A model generated the notes under the pieces. The model saw only the letters and a program-made list of their open reading frames with translations, was not told the origin of the DNA and did not search any database. The translations under genes and the position numbers were made by a program. Below, one piece after another: positions 9,694 through 17,597 of a stretch of DNA of 64,000 nt (position 1 is the stretch's first letter; the number at the start of each line of letters is the position of its first letter). The DNA is taken from the NCBI GenBank assembly GCA_044376115.1, contig JBILLK010000001.1:416001-480000 (forward strand), given 5' to 3'. Source of the DNA: Polyangiaceae bacterium. GTDB lineage: Bacteria; Myxococcota_A; Polyangia; Polyangiales; Polyangiaceae.

Positions 9694-10851
9694 TCATCCG
9701 AGGAACCTCAATGTCTCCTGCCCCGGCAAACTACTGGGCAGCCCGAAGCCGTAACGCGCGAGGCTCTCTTCCAAGCTGCCGTGATACGCGCCGAGGTGAT
9801 CCAAGCAAGGCAGTATCCGGGCAACACCAACGCCACCCCCCGCGCTGACAAGCTCTGCAATTTGGCGCGACCGAGCGGGCGGAGTCACCCAATCGTATTC
9901 ACCCGTAACGGCCAGTACGCGAGCACGACAGCGAGACCAGGCGGCCCCAAGATCGCTAGCCTCCAGTTGCTCGTAATACGCTTTCGGCCGATCATCGATT
10001 ACAGCGCTATCCGTGTACCGAGCAAGATTGGCGCTTATCAACGCCTCAGCAGCAGCATCTTGTAGACCGCCTAGCTGATGCTGCAAACGGCCTGCTTCCC
10101 TCACGCTCTCGCGCCAGCCGATCGCACTGGTGCCATAGACGATCAAACAGCCTGTGCGCTCATTGGCGAGGAGCGGCGCCAACATCCCGCCGAGGCTATG
10201 GCCCCACAGATGAACGGGTTCTGTGGGGCTTAACTGCTCAATTCGCCTAAGCAATGCGCAGTAGTCCTCAAGTTCGGTTTGGAGGTCGGTTCGCTCGATG
10301 TCTCCCTCACTATCGCCCAATCCCCGACGTTCAAGACGCAACAGCGTGAAGCCTGCCTGCAGCAGCGCCTGAAGGGTCCGCCTCATCGTGGAATCTGCAA
10401 CAGGCAGCTCGGCGGACTCAGCCGAGAGACCTTGCAGTAGCAAGACGAAGCCCCGCTTGCTCTCCGAGGGCGGCCGGTTGACCAGAAGTCGCATTCGAGT
10501 TCCGTCGTGCTGCACGAGCTGCTCAAGCTGCGTGGGCACACCGTTCAACTGCTCGGGCGGTTGCTCTTGCACGACGACTTCACGCGCTTGGACCAAGCCG
10601 CGGCGACGAAACTCAAGCGTAGCGTGCGCCGTTTGGGCGGCAGCCCGAAGCGCTGCACGCAAATTGGCACGCGAGCAAAGAGGAACCTGAGCAAGGGCCA
10701 TCAGCTCGTCTTCAGGCTCGACCCCGGCAGCCGCTGCCATCGACCCTGGCAGCACCGCATCCACGAGCAACTGCGAGCCTTGCCAACGCGGCGCGACACC
10801 GAGTCGCGCCCTGCGACGAAGAACGTTGGCAGCCGGTGTTTGCGGATCCAA
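9694..10851 (-). CDS. PDZ-domain alpha/beta hydrolase; start uncertain
   Basis: VLPGSMAAAAGVEPED PDZ-like; RRGLGDSEG; GHSLGG nucleophile elbow. Confidence 0.8.
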   Translation of the reverse strand: MDPQTPAANVLRRRARLGVAPRWQGSQLLVDAVLPGSMAAAAGVEPEDELMALAQVPLCSRANLRAALRAAAQTAHATLEFRRRGLVQAREVVVQEQPPEQLNGVPTQLEQLVQHDGTRMRLLVNRPPSESKRGFVLLLQGLSAESAELPVADSTMRRTLQALLQAGFTLLRLERRGLGDSEGDIERTDLQTELEDYCALLRRIEQLSPTEPVHLWGHSLGGMLAPLLANERTGCLIVYGTSAIGWRESVREAGRLQHQLGGLQDAAAEALISANLARYTDSAVIDDRPKAYYEQLEASDLGAAWSRCRARVLAVTGEYDWVTPPARSRQIAELVSAGGGVGVARILPCLDHLGAYHGSLEESLARYGFGLPSSLPGQETLRFLG

Positions 10852-10859
10852 GGTGCCGC

Positions 10860-11783
10860 ATGATCCACGTGTTCGGAGCAGACGCCAAGCAACTGACGGC
10901 GCTGATCGAGCGCCTCGGCGAGCCTGCGACGGCGCACGAAGAACAAGCCTCGCTGCTGCGTGTGAGCACCGAGGTTGAGGTGCTCTTCTCAGCTTCAGTA
11001 CCCGCGCTCGATTGGTCGAGCTTTCCACGCTTGCGCTTGCTCCAGACGATGGGGGCTGGTGTTGACGAGCTGATCGACAGAGCCCTACCTGAGTGCGCCA
11101 TTGCCACTGCCAAAGGCTTATTCGCGACGGAGGTAGCCGAATACATCGTCGGTGCGGTGCTCTTTCATCTGCGCGGCTTTGGCCAATACTCAGCGCTGCA
11201 AGCCGAGCATGTTTGGCGGCCTTCTGCAGCGCGGAGACTTCAAGGTCAGCGGGGCTGCCTGCTCGGCGTTGGCGCCGTGGGGTCCGAAGTAGCCAGCCGT
11301 TTGCGAGCCTTCAACGTCCAGCTCGACGCGGTGGTGCTCCACGCTAGGCCGCTCGCCAATATCCAAACCGTGGTCGCTCCAGAGCAGAGGCTGAGCGTCT
11401 TGTCCGGGGCCGACTTTCTCGTGATTGCAGCGCCGCTAACGAAGGCTACGCGCGGCCTCGTTGGAGCTCGCGAGCTTTCGGCGCTGGCCAGACGGGCCAT
11501 CGTGGTCAACGTGGGACGTGGCCCGATCATCGATGAACGAGCTCTGGCGGACGCGCTGCGCTCGGGCGTGATTGGCGGCGCGGTGCTCGACGTCTTTGCC
11601 GAGGAGCCGTTACCGCCAGGGAACGAGCTATGGAACGCGCCCAATACGCTGGTGACTCCGCATGTCGCAGGGCTGGGTCTTCGCTACGGTGACCGCTGCG
11701 TGGAGCGGCTCGTGGAGAACGTTGCGCGCTTGAAGTCAGGCCTGCCCCTGCTAGGCCCGTTCATGCCGGAAGAAGGCTACTAA
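10860..11783 (+). CDS. D-isomer-specific 2-hydroxyacid dehydrogenase
   Basis: GVGAVG, NVGRG, LDVFAEEPLP, TPHVAG. Confidence 0.9.
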   Translation: MIHVFGADAKQLTALIERLGEPATAHEEQASLLRVSTEVEVLFSASVPALDWSSFPRLRLLQTMGAGVDELIDRALPECAIATAKGLFATEVAEYIVGAVLFHLRGFGQYSALQAEHVWRPSAARRLQGQRGCLLGVGAVGSEVASRLRAFNVQLDAVVLHARPLANIQTVVAPEQRLSVLSGADFLVIAAPLTKATRGLVGARELSALARRAIVVNVGRGPIIDERALADALRSGVIGGAVLDVFAEEPLPPGNELWNAPNTLVTPHVAGLGLRYGDRCVERLVENVARLKSGLPLLGPFMPEEGY

Positions 11784-11798
11784 CGCTCGCTGCTTGAA

Positions 11799-12245
11799 TC
11801 AGCGTCGTTCAAAGCCGGAGCCGAGCCGGTACGGGTCCGTCTCGGCGGCGGCCGCAAGCATCGGTTGCGCGTTTCCTTCGCTACCGCGCCAGAGGTCGTA
11901 GAACAGCTGCTGCTTCCTTTTCGAGTAGTCACTCCAGGCAAGCAGCCAGAACACGACGGCCGCTGGAAAACAGATAACCCAGGACGCGAATAAGAGCAGC
12001 GCACCTTTGTCCTCGAGGGACATCTCGAGTTTGATGGTGACGTTTGTCCATTGACCCATTGGCACGGCATAAACGCGCGTATCCAGCACGAAGCCGTAGC
12101 TGCTCTCCGCCGTCTTTCCCATCCACATAACCGGGCTGACCCGCGCGAGGGCCCGACCATGCGGCGCCGCCGCCCAAGCAAGACCCGCAAGGGATTGTTC
12201 GTAGATCTCGCTCGGAATCGCTCGTGTCTGAGAATCTTCAAACAT
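11799..12245 (-). CDS. Hypothetical membrane protein
   Basis: 148-aa ORF with TM helix; DPYR tail. Confidence 0.55.
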   Translation of the reverse strand: MFEDSQTRAIPSEIYEQSLAGLAWAAAPHGRALARVSPVMWMGKTAESSYGFVLDTRVYAVPMGQWTNVTIKLEMSLEDKGALLLFASWVICFPAAVVFWLLAWSDYSKRKQQLFYDLWRGSEGNAQPMLAAAAETDPYRLGSGFERR

Positions 12246-12262
12246 GAACGCGCAACTCGCAG

Positions 12263-13894
12263 CTACTCGCCACAGCCGGGAGCACCCTGGCCGCCAGGAG
12301 CTGCCGGGGTGTCACCGCTCAACTTGTTCTCACAGCCCGCCAACTTGTTGTGCGCACAGACATTGGTCTTGATCGTCTCGGGATCGATCCCGGAGAACTG
12401 GTACTTGCCATTCACCAGCCACGTCGGGCTCGCGCCAAACTTCAGGCTGTCCGAATAGGCGAAGGACTTTGCCAGCAGCTTCTTGCCCTCGTCCCCTTCG
12501 GAGCAGCTCTTGATGACCGCCGCATCGATCCCGGTCGTACTGGTTGCGCAGGACTGCCAGTTGGGGTCGCTGATGTTCTTGTTGCGACACCAAACGTAGT
12601 TCATGAACTTGCGGTCTTTGCCGTAATGCTCCGCAGCACAGATCTCCCGCAGATCTTCATCGACCTCCGGCTGCCCGTGCATCGAACCGAGGTTGCTTTC
12701 ATTGCCTTCGCCGATGAAGTGCACCTTGAAGTTGAGCTTCGCGCCAGCCTTGTCGAAGTTGGCTAACACCTCTTTCATCGCGTCCAGGCCCTTCACCCCA
12801 AACGGACACTGCGACATGACGAACACCTCGAGGGTGTTGGGCTCTTCGGCCTTGCATTGCAATGTGCTCTTGCATTCAGCGAGCGAGCAACCGTCCTTAT
12901 CGGCGCAAAGCGGGTTCCACTCGCCAACGTCAGCCACGCGATAGCTGCCTGCATTCCGCAGGTTCTTGCCCAGCTTTTCGTTGGCTTCCTTGTCAGCAGC
13001 CAGCGTCTCATTGAAGGCGATGGCTGGCAGCTGCGTGGGCTTGATCGCGTCAAACAGCTTCTTCCCTGCTGGGTCGCTGTAGTCGACGACGGTGACCGAG
13101 GGGTTGCCCATCAGGTTGGGCAGCTGACGTTCGATGGGCGTGGTGTCGCAGTCTTCACCGCAGCGCTTGTCCGTAAGGATGACGACATCCACTTTGGGCG
13201 GGACGGGCAGGTCATTGCAGACGGCCGGCTTGCTCTCAGAGTACGCGCCACAGATGGCACGCATCACGTCGGTAGCGCGCCGATTGCCGTTGTACTCCTT
13301 GCCGCCAATGAAGATGGTCGGGCTGCCCGAAGCATCACGCTCTTTGGCCTTCTTGAAAGATGCTTCCAGTAGGCTCTTGCCCTCCGGGCCGTCGGCGCAG
13401 GTCTTCAAGACCGCCGGGTCAAGACCAACTCGCGTCGCGCAGGCTTCACCGTTCGTATCAACGGCCCTGTAGTTCTCGTTCTGGCACTCGACGAACTCGA
13501 ACCATTTCTCTGAGTATTGGCGCGCACAAAGCTGAAGAGTGTCTCCGCGAACCTCCTTCGGCCCGTGCATGGAGGTTAGATCGCCGGTTGGCAGAATGTC
13601 CCCGATGTACTCGACCGCAAAGTCGATGTCGGCTCCGAAGGCGCTGATCACCTCCTTGAACATGGCCTCGGCTTGCACGCCGTAAGGACATTGCGACATA
13701 GCGTAGAGTTCGACTTTGACCGCGCCCGGGTTCACCTGGCGCACGACAGCCGAGCCGGTGACTTTGTTGGCGGGGCTCGCAGGATCTGGAGCCGCGACGG
13801 CCGTGGGCCTCTCGTCGAGCATCCACATGCCCAACACGCCGATTGCGAAAGACCCAGCGACTCCCAGAAGTGTCGAACTCTTCGAAATGCTCAT
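12263..13894 (-). CDS. Membrane-anchored protein with two GILT-like thioredoxin-fold domains
   Basis: Duplicated MSQCP(Y/F)G ... SMHG.xEV ... SPT motifs. Confidence 0.75.
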   Translation of the reverse strand: MSISKSSTLLGVAGSFAIGVLGMWMLDERPTAVAAPDPASPANKVTGSAVVRQVNPGAVKVELYAMSQCPYGVQAEAMFKEVISAFGADIDFAVEYIGDILPTGDLTSMHGPKEVRGDTLQLCARQYSEKWFEFVECQNENYRAVDTNGEACATRVGLDPAVLKTCADGPEGKSLLEASFKKAKERDASGSPTIFIGGKEYNGNRRATDVMRAICGAYSESKPAVCNDLPVPPKVDVVILTDKRCGEDCDTTPIERQLPNLMGNPSVTVVDYSDPAGKKLFDAIKPTQLPAIAFNETLAADKEANEKLGKNLRNAGSYRVADVGEWNPLCADKDGCSLAECKSTLQCKAEEPNTLEVFVMSQCPFGVKGLDAMKEVLANFDKAGAKLNFKVHFIGEGNESNLGSMHGQPEVDEDLREICAAEHYGKDRKFMNYVWCRNKNISDPNWQSCATSTTGIDAAVIKSCSEGDEGKKLLAKSFAYSDSLKFGASPTWLVNGKYQFSGIDPETIKTNVCAHNKLAGCENKLSGDTPAAPGGQGAPGCGE

Positions 13895-13948
13895 GGCGCA
13901 AAGCACTTGGTAGCATTCGTGGCTTCGCGCGGCCACCATCGCGAGGCC

Positions 13949-14734
13949 CTACTTTGGCGAGAAAACTGTGAAGAATTGTCGGGGTGCGCGCTTGCGCCGG
14001 AGGCACCGGGTAGCCGCGTCCAAGAAGCACACCGTAAAAGCCCTGCGCGAGCGACCTGAACGGTTATTCCCCGACCGGTGCCAGACGAGGTTGTGAATGA
14101 GAAACACCTCTCCAGCTTGTGCTGGCTTGCTCAGCCTCGTCTCGAGCCGAGCACTCCGAGCTACGACATCCGCAGGGATCGCGCCGCCTAGCGGCGTGGC
14201 TAGCCCGTCGAAGTGACTGTCGGGGATGAACTCCAGGCAGCCGCTTTGCTCAGGCACGTCGTCAAGCGCAGTCCAGATCTGCAGCTCTGGCGTTCGATCG
14301 AGCCCCCAGTAGCTGCCAGCATCCTGATGCCAAGGAATCTCCGAGCTCCCGTCGGCCGCCTTGTTGAACAAGGTGGCGCGGTAGATCGCGACGTGATCCC
14401 CGATCACGGCGCGGGCAACGGCCTCGAACAAGGACGACTGAATATGGGCAAGGAACAGCGGATCACGCTCGAGCTTTTCGAGCTTCCGGTAGCGCAGCGA
14501 AGGACCGACGAAGCCCTGACCGTAGGACAAGTCTGCGTAGCGATTGCTCTCACTGTCGTGCTGAAAGAAGAACCCCGAAGGGTCGACTCGTCCCAACATG
14601 ATGTCGTCGGCGCGAACTCGCAGCCTTTCGAGCGCGACCTCATCAAATACGCGCCCCAAACTAGCGAAGCCGTGACGGCGATACTCAGCCACAGCTTGCT
14701 CGATGCTTGGTGCCGGCAACGCAGAGAGGGTCAT
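13949..14734 (-). CDS. PhyH-family Fe(II)/2-oxoglutarate dioxygenase
   Basis: PWHQD, WTALDD..GCL, HRSGNNRS..RRA. Confidence 0.88.
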   Translation of the reverse strand: MTLSALPAPSIEQAVAEYRRHGFASLGRVFDEVALERLRVRADDIMLGRVDPSGFFFQHDSESNRYADLSYGQGFVGPSLRYRKLEKLERDPLFLAHIQSSLFEAVARAVIGDHVAIYRATLFNKAADGSSEIPWHQDAGSYWGLDRTPELQIWTALDDVPEQSGCLEFIPDSHFDGLATPLGGAIPADVVARSARLETRLSKPAQAGEVFLIHNLVWHRSGNNRSGRSRRAFTVCFLDAATRCLRRKRAPRQFFTVFSPK

Positions 14735-15516
14735 GAGGGCTCGAACCGAAGCAGGACTCGACCTTGGGCGTCGAGTCCGGGGGGGATGATCAGAATGCGC
14801 TCGCCGCCTTCGGCCCGAGCCAAGATTCGGCCTAACTCCTCGTGATCGGTCGCTTGGATTTTGGCATCGATTGGCCCGTCGTAGCGGCGCTGCATGGCCG
14901 CCGACCACGTTGCCTCGTCGGATAGATCGCTCTCATAGACAAAGCTCTTCGCCTTGAATTCGTGCGTTCCTGGAACCGACGAAACCACCCGCATCGGCCC
15001 CATACGCGTGTGGACACGCACGCTTGGGTTCTGCCACTGCGCCACTCCCCGCAACCGGGAAGCCCCCAACATCCGCAGCGTGAGCGCCTTCACCCAAGCA
15101 CCGGCCAGAACCCGCGGCACTAGACTTAGTAGCGATACACCGATGAAAGTCCCCGGGTGAATCGTGGGAGCACCAAGGTAGGCGGCCGCGATCGCGCGAT
15201 CGTCGGGGCGCAACCCAAGCCGCTTGCGAACGGGAATATCGAGCACTCGTGCTTCACACGTGAGCAGACCGATCGCACCCGGTAGAAGGTAAAGATCACT
15301 GAGCACCCACCCGGGAAGCGACAGCTCCCCTGGGAACGCTAGCGCGTTGGACTCTCGATACAGGGCAACGAGTTCAGGGTGGCTTTCAGCAGCAAAAAAC
15401 TGCGCCTTGCAACCGAGTGGGTTGAGGTCCATCGCCCGTGCGTTGTCGGCCGCACCCAGCGCAGCAAGGGACAACTCCGGATGTCGCCGAAAGAACTCAC
15501 TCGCGAGGTCACGCAT
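14731..15516 (-). CDS. Hypothetical protein, translationally coupled to the PhyH gene
   Basis: 261-aa ORF; 4-nt ATGA overlap. Confidence 0.7.
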   Translation of the reverse strand: MRDLASEFFRRHPELSLAALGAADNARAMDLNPLGCKAQFFAAESHPELVALYRESNALAFPGELSLPGWVLSDLYLLPGAIGLLTCEARVLDIPVRKRLGLRPDDRAIAAAYLGAPTIHPGTFIGVSLLSLVPRVLAGAWVKALTLRMLGASRLRGVAQWQNPSVRVHTRMGPMRVVSSVPGTHEFKAKSFVYESDLSDEATWSAAMQRRYDGPIDAKIQATDHEELGRILARAEGGERILIIPPGLDAQGRVLLRFEPS

Positions 15517-15570
15517 CCGGCGAGCCTAAACCAGATGCCCCGCCGCTTGTACCGCGGCAGGGCTCCTCGA

Positions 15571-15804
15571 CTAGGTTGGCGGCGGCGGTGAGGGCGGGGT
15601 CGTAGCTGCCGGGCATTCGGCAAATTCGCAATTGGGTCCGGTCCGACCGACCGAGGAGCCGTCGGGGCAAACCTTTGCCTCTTCGGTGCAAGCCTTCGGC
15701 GCGTCCGGCCCTGGCGTCGGGGTTGGATTTGATTTGCTGCCGCACGCGGCGACGAGCAGCGGGAGGACGACGAAACACCAACGAGGAATCATGCGGGCGA
15801 GCAT
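15571..15804 (-). CDS. Small lipoprotein with CTxEAKxCPDGSxVGRxGPxCEFAxCP module
   Basis: VAAC lipobox; four-Cys module. Confidence 0.75.
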   Translation of the reverse strand: MLARMIPRWCFVVLPLLVAACGSKSNPTPTPGPDAPKACTEEAKVCPDGSSVGRTGPNCEFAECPAATTPPSPPPPT

Positions 15805-15887
15805 CGCAGAGCCCCGATACGTTGTCGACGCAACGATGTCAGGTGCCCGCGAGCCTTGCGTCACTCGAGCCCAAAGAAGAGAGAGCC

Positions 15888-16643
15888 ATGTCCATCAAGA
15901 AGCTATGTCAATTCATCGCCATCGAGAGTTCGGTCAAAGCGCGAGTAACTGCCGACCTAACAGAGGCACACAAGGATCTTCAAAAGGGTGACCTGTTTAA
16001 TGGGCATTCGCGCCGTTATGAGCCCCGTAACGAGGATCCGAATTCGCCTCTCGGCGAGAAGCTTCCGGAGGAGCACAAGAAGGTCGTTGCGCGCGCGGAA
16101 GCGATCGTCAAACTCACGCTCGATCGACTCACAGAGCAATACGATCTGGCAGCGACGCGTGACTACGGTAACTGTCTTGCAAAAGCTGACGTCGAAGTCG
16201 ATGGCAGGGTTTTGCTCAAAGACGTACCGGTGGCACACCTGCTGTTTCTCGAGAAGCGGCTCGACGACCTGCTGACGTTCGTTCGCAAACTTCCAACGCT
16301 CGATCCCACCGAGACGTGGGAGTTCAACCCCTCGCAGGATCTTTACGCGACAGCTCCTGTGCAAACGGCTCGCAGCAAGAAGATCGCTCGTGCCCTCGTG
16401 CTGTACGAAGCGACGAAGGAGCATCCGGCACAGGTCAAAGAGATCACCGAGGATGTACAGGCCGGCACCTGGTCGACGATCAAGTACTCGTCCGCGTTAC
16501 CCTTGCAGCGTCGCAACGAGATGTTGCGCCGTGCAGAAGAGCTCCAAAAAGCCATCAAGTTCGCCCGGGAGAAGGCCAACTCCACTGAAGTGGAGGAGCG
16601 CAAGCAAGGCCGCGCGCTCCTCGATTATGTCTTCAAGGGTTGA
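15888..16643 (+). CDS. Conserved helical hypothetical protein (DUF7873-like, from recall)
   Basis: Purine-rich RBS then ATG 15888; SRRYEP, ADVEVDG, VPVAHLLFLEKRL, LPTLDP, ATKEHPAQV, AIKFAREKAN. Confidence 0.8.
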   Translation: MSIKKLCQFIAIESSVKARVTADLTEAHKDLQKGDLFNGHSRRYEPRNEDPNSPLGEKLPEEHKKVVARAEAIVKLTLDRLTEQYDLAATRDYGNCLAKADVEVDGRVLLKDVPVAHLLFLEKRLDDLLTFVRKLPTLDPTETWEFNPSQDLYATAPVQTARSKKIARALVLYEATKEHPAQVKEITEDVQAGTWSTIKYSSALPLQRRNEMLRRAEELQKAIKFAREKANSTEVEERKQGRALLDYVFKG

Positions 16644-16702
16644 GCCTAGCTGGCCCCCCTGCGAAGCTAAGACTTGGGCCGGCTGACGCCGGCTCATGAG
16701 CA

Positions 16703-16726
16703 CAACCTCAACCTCAACCTCAACCT
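16703..16726 (+). repeat. (CAACCT)4 tandem hexamer
   Basis: Read directly. Confidence 0.95.
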
Positions 16727-17092
16727 GAAGCAGCGCGTCTGACAGTGCAGGTTCGAATCCTGCTCCGCCCACCGCATTGATGCATCAATGCTGACTCTTT
16801 GGGGCGGGTAGCCCAAGCGGGCCCAAGCCTTTCGGCAAGGGCCTATCGGTAGAGGCAAGCGCCTTGCAAACCAAACTCAGACTATTGCTCCAATCTCCTA
16901 AGTAAAACGAGGACCCTCAATCACCCGGGTGTGGACCTAGAGAACGGATGCGGGCTCATCTCCCGCCCTCCCAGCCAAGCCTGCGAAGCGTCGTTGGCTT
17001 CGCTGGGAGGTCGTCTAACGGTAGGACACGCTCTCCTCAAACTGAGCCGCACCCTTAAACGGACACTGTGAGGGTCATGAACATCGTCTCCC

Positions 17093-17134
17093 GGCGCCCC
17101 AGCGTAGGCTACACACTGGGGCGCCACCTATTTT
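17093..17134 (+). terminator. Terminator-like hairpin closing the putative ncRNA
   Basis: GGCGCCCCAG/CTGGGGCGCC 10-bp stem followed by ACCTATTTT. Confidence 0.6.
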
Positions 17135-17165
17135 GCGGTACGCAGCGTCGTGCTACGGGTAGCCG

Positions 17166-17576
17166 TTGCTGTTCGAGTCGGTTGGGGAAGAGTTTGAGCG
17201 GGTTTCTGCGGGGCGGTGCGAGGCTCAGTTCTATCGCGTGGGCCGCTCAACGCTCGTTACACGGGTAACCGGCTGCGCTGAGCCTGAGCTCATTGACGTT
17301 CTCATCCGCCGATCAGAGAGTCTGATCAAAGCGGTTGGGACGATCGAGGTGTTCCACGATTGGTTTGGCGTCACTGCCTACAAGTCCGAGGTTCGGACGC
17401 GCATGACCCCTTGGGCCAAGGCGACCTCCGCCAGTCACCGAGCCGTTCACATCGGCACGGAGTCTCGCGTGGTTCGCATGGGCATAACCATGGTCCAATT
17501 GGTCGCGGGCTCAAACATCATTGCCTATTCGTCGCTGACCGCGCTCGACGCCGCGCTGCGCGCGAGTCGACGCTAA
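17166..17576 (+). CDS. Hypothetical protein (STAS/SEC14-like small domain)
   Basis: VFHDW...YKSEVR...W...SRVVRMG pattern typical of myxobacterial small proteins. Confidence 0.6.
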   Translation: MLFESVGEEFERVSAGRCEAQFYRVGRSTLVTRVTGCAEPELIDVLIRRSESLIKAVGTIEVFHDWFGVTAYKSEVRTRMTPWAKATSASHRAVHIGTESRVVRMGITMVQLVAGSNIIAYSSLTALDAALRASRR

Positions 17577-17597
17577 CGCGCGAACAGTTAGCCTCGC

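Larger units (their letters stand above)
16650..17134 (+). ncRNA. Putative structured ncRNA with two circularly permuted tRNA-like (Y RNA/YrlA-like) modules
   Basis: T arm GCAGG-TTCGAAT-CCTGC (16747-16763); acceptor-like 16764-16770/16802-16808; D arm TAGCCCAA...GGTAGAGGCA; second module 16940-17035; long-range helix 16912-16919/17069-17076; boundaries estimated. Confidence 0.75.

Noticed and set aside
16703..16726. (CAACCT)4 as a CRISPR or telomere-like array
   Set aside because: Only 24 nt, no spacers, and no cas or reverse transcriptase gene in the window
16690..16775. Canonical tRNA gene ending at the TTCGAAT arm
   Set aside because: No D arm or anticodon arm upstream; the complementary acceptor strand and D arm lie downstream (permuted)
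16497..17127. Minus-strand ORFs 16497-16772 and 16921-17127
   Set aside because: Antisense translations of the tRNA-like and hexamer elements; no RBS or protein-like features
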